Positions 7,388 to 8,428 of a stretch of DNA of 8,428 nt are shown here, one piece after another. The stretch comes from Amoeboradix gromovi X-113 (Eukaryota > Fungi > Sanchytriomycota): NCBI GenBank assembly GCA_018985225.1, contig JADGIF010000447.1, forward strand, positions 1 to 8,428, written 5' to 3'. A model generated the notes under the pieces. It worked only from the letters and a program-made list of their open reading frames with translations, was not told the origin of the DNA and did no database searches. Numbering within the stretch: position 1 is the first letter of the stretch; every line of letters begins with the position of its first letter. The translations under genes were made by a program, and so were the position numbers.

Positions 7388-7484
7388 TGAAAGCGTGAGT
7401 AAAAACGGTAGCCTAAGGATCGGAATTATAACTATCTTGTGGAGATCTCGATTATATGAGAAATCAAGACTTTAATGAGGAGTC
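7367..7484 (+). ncRNA. Candidate decayed omega-RNA scaffold / element right end
   Basis: Overlaps and follows the end of Fanzor-like copy A. CCTCAGGGTA (7377-7386) pairs with TAGCCTAAGG (7409-7418) at 8/10, with an internal GT-GAAA-GC mini-hairpin. Further stems: TCTTG/CAAGA (7435-7469), TCTC/GAGA (7446-7461), GACT/AGTC (7468-7484). Identity is inferred from position. Confidence 0.35.
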
Positions 7485-7505
7485 CATTTACAAACAATTT
7501 GTTTA

Positions 7506-7739
7506 TTAAATTCCACCTCGCAATGCAAGAACAAGGTGAAGGGTACTTCCACTGACTATGTTAGATTCTTTAACTGTTCTTTCATCGTTCAACTGCTTAC
7601 CGCCAAATATTAATCTCTGTTGTGCAGGTGCAATTGCTTCTTTTTCCTCAACTCTTTCTTTCACATTTAAAATAGTATCTTTCTCTTCAATATCTAATTC
7701 CAGCTGCTTTCCAGTCAAAGTTTTGATCTTTACTTGCAT
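7506..7739 (-). CDS. NEDD8: NEDD8/Rub1 ubiquitin-like modifier, 77-aa precursor
   Basis: Ubiquitin fold ([24 protein letters not shown]) ending HLVLALRGG plus one residue. Ala72 distinguishes NEDD8 from ubiquitin (Arg72). TAA overlaps AATAAA (7502-7507). Confidence 0.95.
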   Translation of the reverse strand: MQVKIKTLTGKQLELDIEEKDTILNVKERVEEKEAIAPAQQRLIFGGKQLNDERTVKESNIVSGSTLHLVLALRGGI

Positions 7740-8222
7740 CTTTGATGTATGAAAAATTAAATTTGGTGTCTGAAAAGATTTGCAATAAGCTCTATGAAAA
7801 GTAGATTAAGAGAAAGGCAAGTCAAAGAGATAAAATGAGATACTGGGCTACTATATGTTCAAAACTTTAGTAAAAGTTTCCCGTGTCTACAGTTGCTATT
7901 CGAAGGCAGTGCTGTAAATCACCATAAAAACTACAAAACTTGAAAAAGGTGAATGGAATGCCTAAAAATAATTGCGTTAGAAAAGAAATTGATCATAATT
8001 ATAAAATGTGATGGAAGAGAAACAGCTCGATTGTTTTCTTGAATAAATCATTTATCGCGAATTTGCATGCATTTTTGTATCATTTCAAGACTTTTCCAGA
8101 TTTTTCTAATACCTTAAACACTCGATATTCATTATCTTCGCAAATGGTAAATCGATTCTAAAGAAACAACTAGCAGGTACAGCATACATTCGTCTCAGAC
8201 TGATAAGCTGGTCCAAAGATGG

Positions 8223-8428
8223 AAATTTGATGCCATGTACAATATGTGGCACTCTAAAGAAAACCAATTTGGAGAGCTATTCATGTACATAGTGTCGTTT
8301 GGAAGTCGACATGGACCACATGGCACCAAGGAACAAATTTGATGCCATGTACGAGGTATGGTACTCTAAAGAAAACTAATTTAGAAACCTGAACCTGTAC
8401 AAAGTGTCATTTGAAGATAGATAGAGAC
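8223..8428 (+). mobile_element. Tandem pair (112-nt period) of Fanzor/TnpB zinc-ribbon + RuvC-III pseudogene fragments (copies B and C); C is cut by the window edge
   Basis: B (from 8227): LMPCTICGTLKKTNLESYSCT*CRLEVDMDHMAPRN. C (from 8339): LMPCTRYGTLKKTNLET*TCTKCHLKIDRD. The consensus CxxCG-x11-CxxC-x4-DRD-x2-A-x-RN is the TnpB/Fanzor C-terminal signature. Units start at 8223 and 8335 and share 72/94 nt, ungapped. Confidence 0.82.

Noticed and set aside
921-7470. 12-bp inverted match GTCTTGATTTCT (921-932) / AGAAATCAAGAC (7459-7470) as transposon TIRs
   Set aside because: A 12-mer match is expected by chance in 8.4 kb of AT-rich DNA; there is no obvious target-site duplication and it encloses housekeeping genes.
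7558-7752. 64-aa plus-strand ORF
   Set aside because: Antisense shadow of NEDD8.
8223-8428. CRISPR-like repeat-spacer reading of the 18-nt identical repeat
   Set aside because: The intervening sequences are homologous to each other and protein-coding in character, not unique spacers.

Overview
AT-rich eukaryotic DNA from a very compact genome using the standard code; the gene set suggests an early-diverging fungus or close relative (inference). A tightly packed block (about 1.1-5.4 kb) encodes a small two-TM protein, frequenin/NCS-1, a peroxisomal isocitrate lyase split by a 20-nt GT-AG intron, an atypical bHLH factor and a strongly reduced Ssz1/HSPA14-like Hsp70. NEDD8/Rub1 lies at 7506-7739. 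All six intact genes have AATAAA overlapping or abutting the stop codon. The rest is decayed coding sequence. The most notable feature missed by the ORF track is three degenerate copies of a TnpB/Fanzor-type C-terminus (CxxC-x12-CxxC zinc ribbon plus DRD...RN/NI RuvC-III). One copy (about 7240-7387) is followed by a structured, GC-richer segment in the position of an omega-RNA. The other two form a 112-nt-period tandem pair at 8223-8428 that runs off the window. NEDD8 sits between these remnants.
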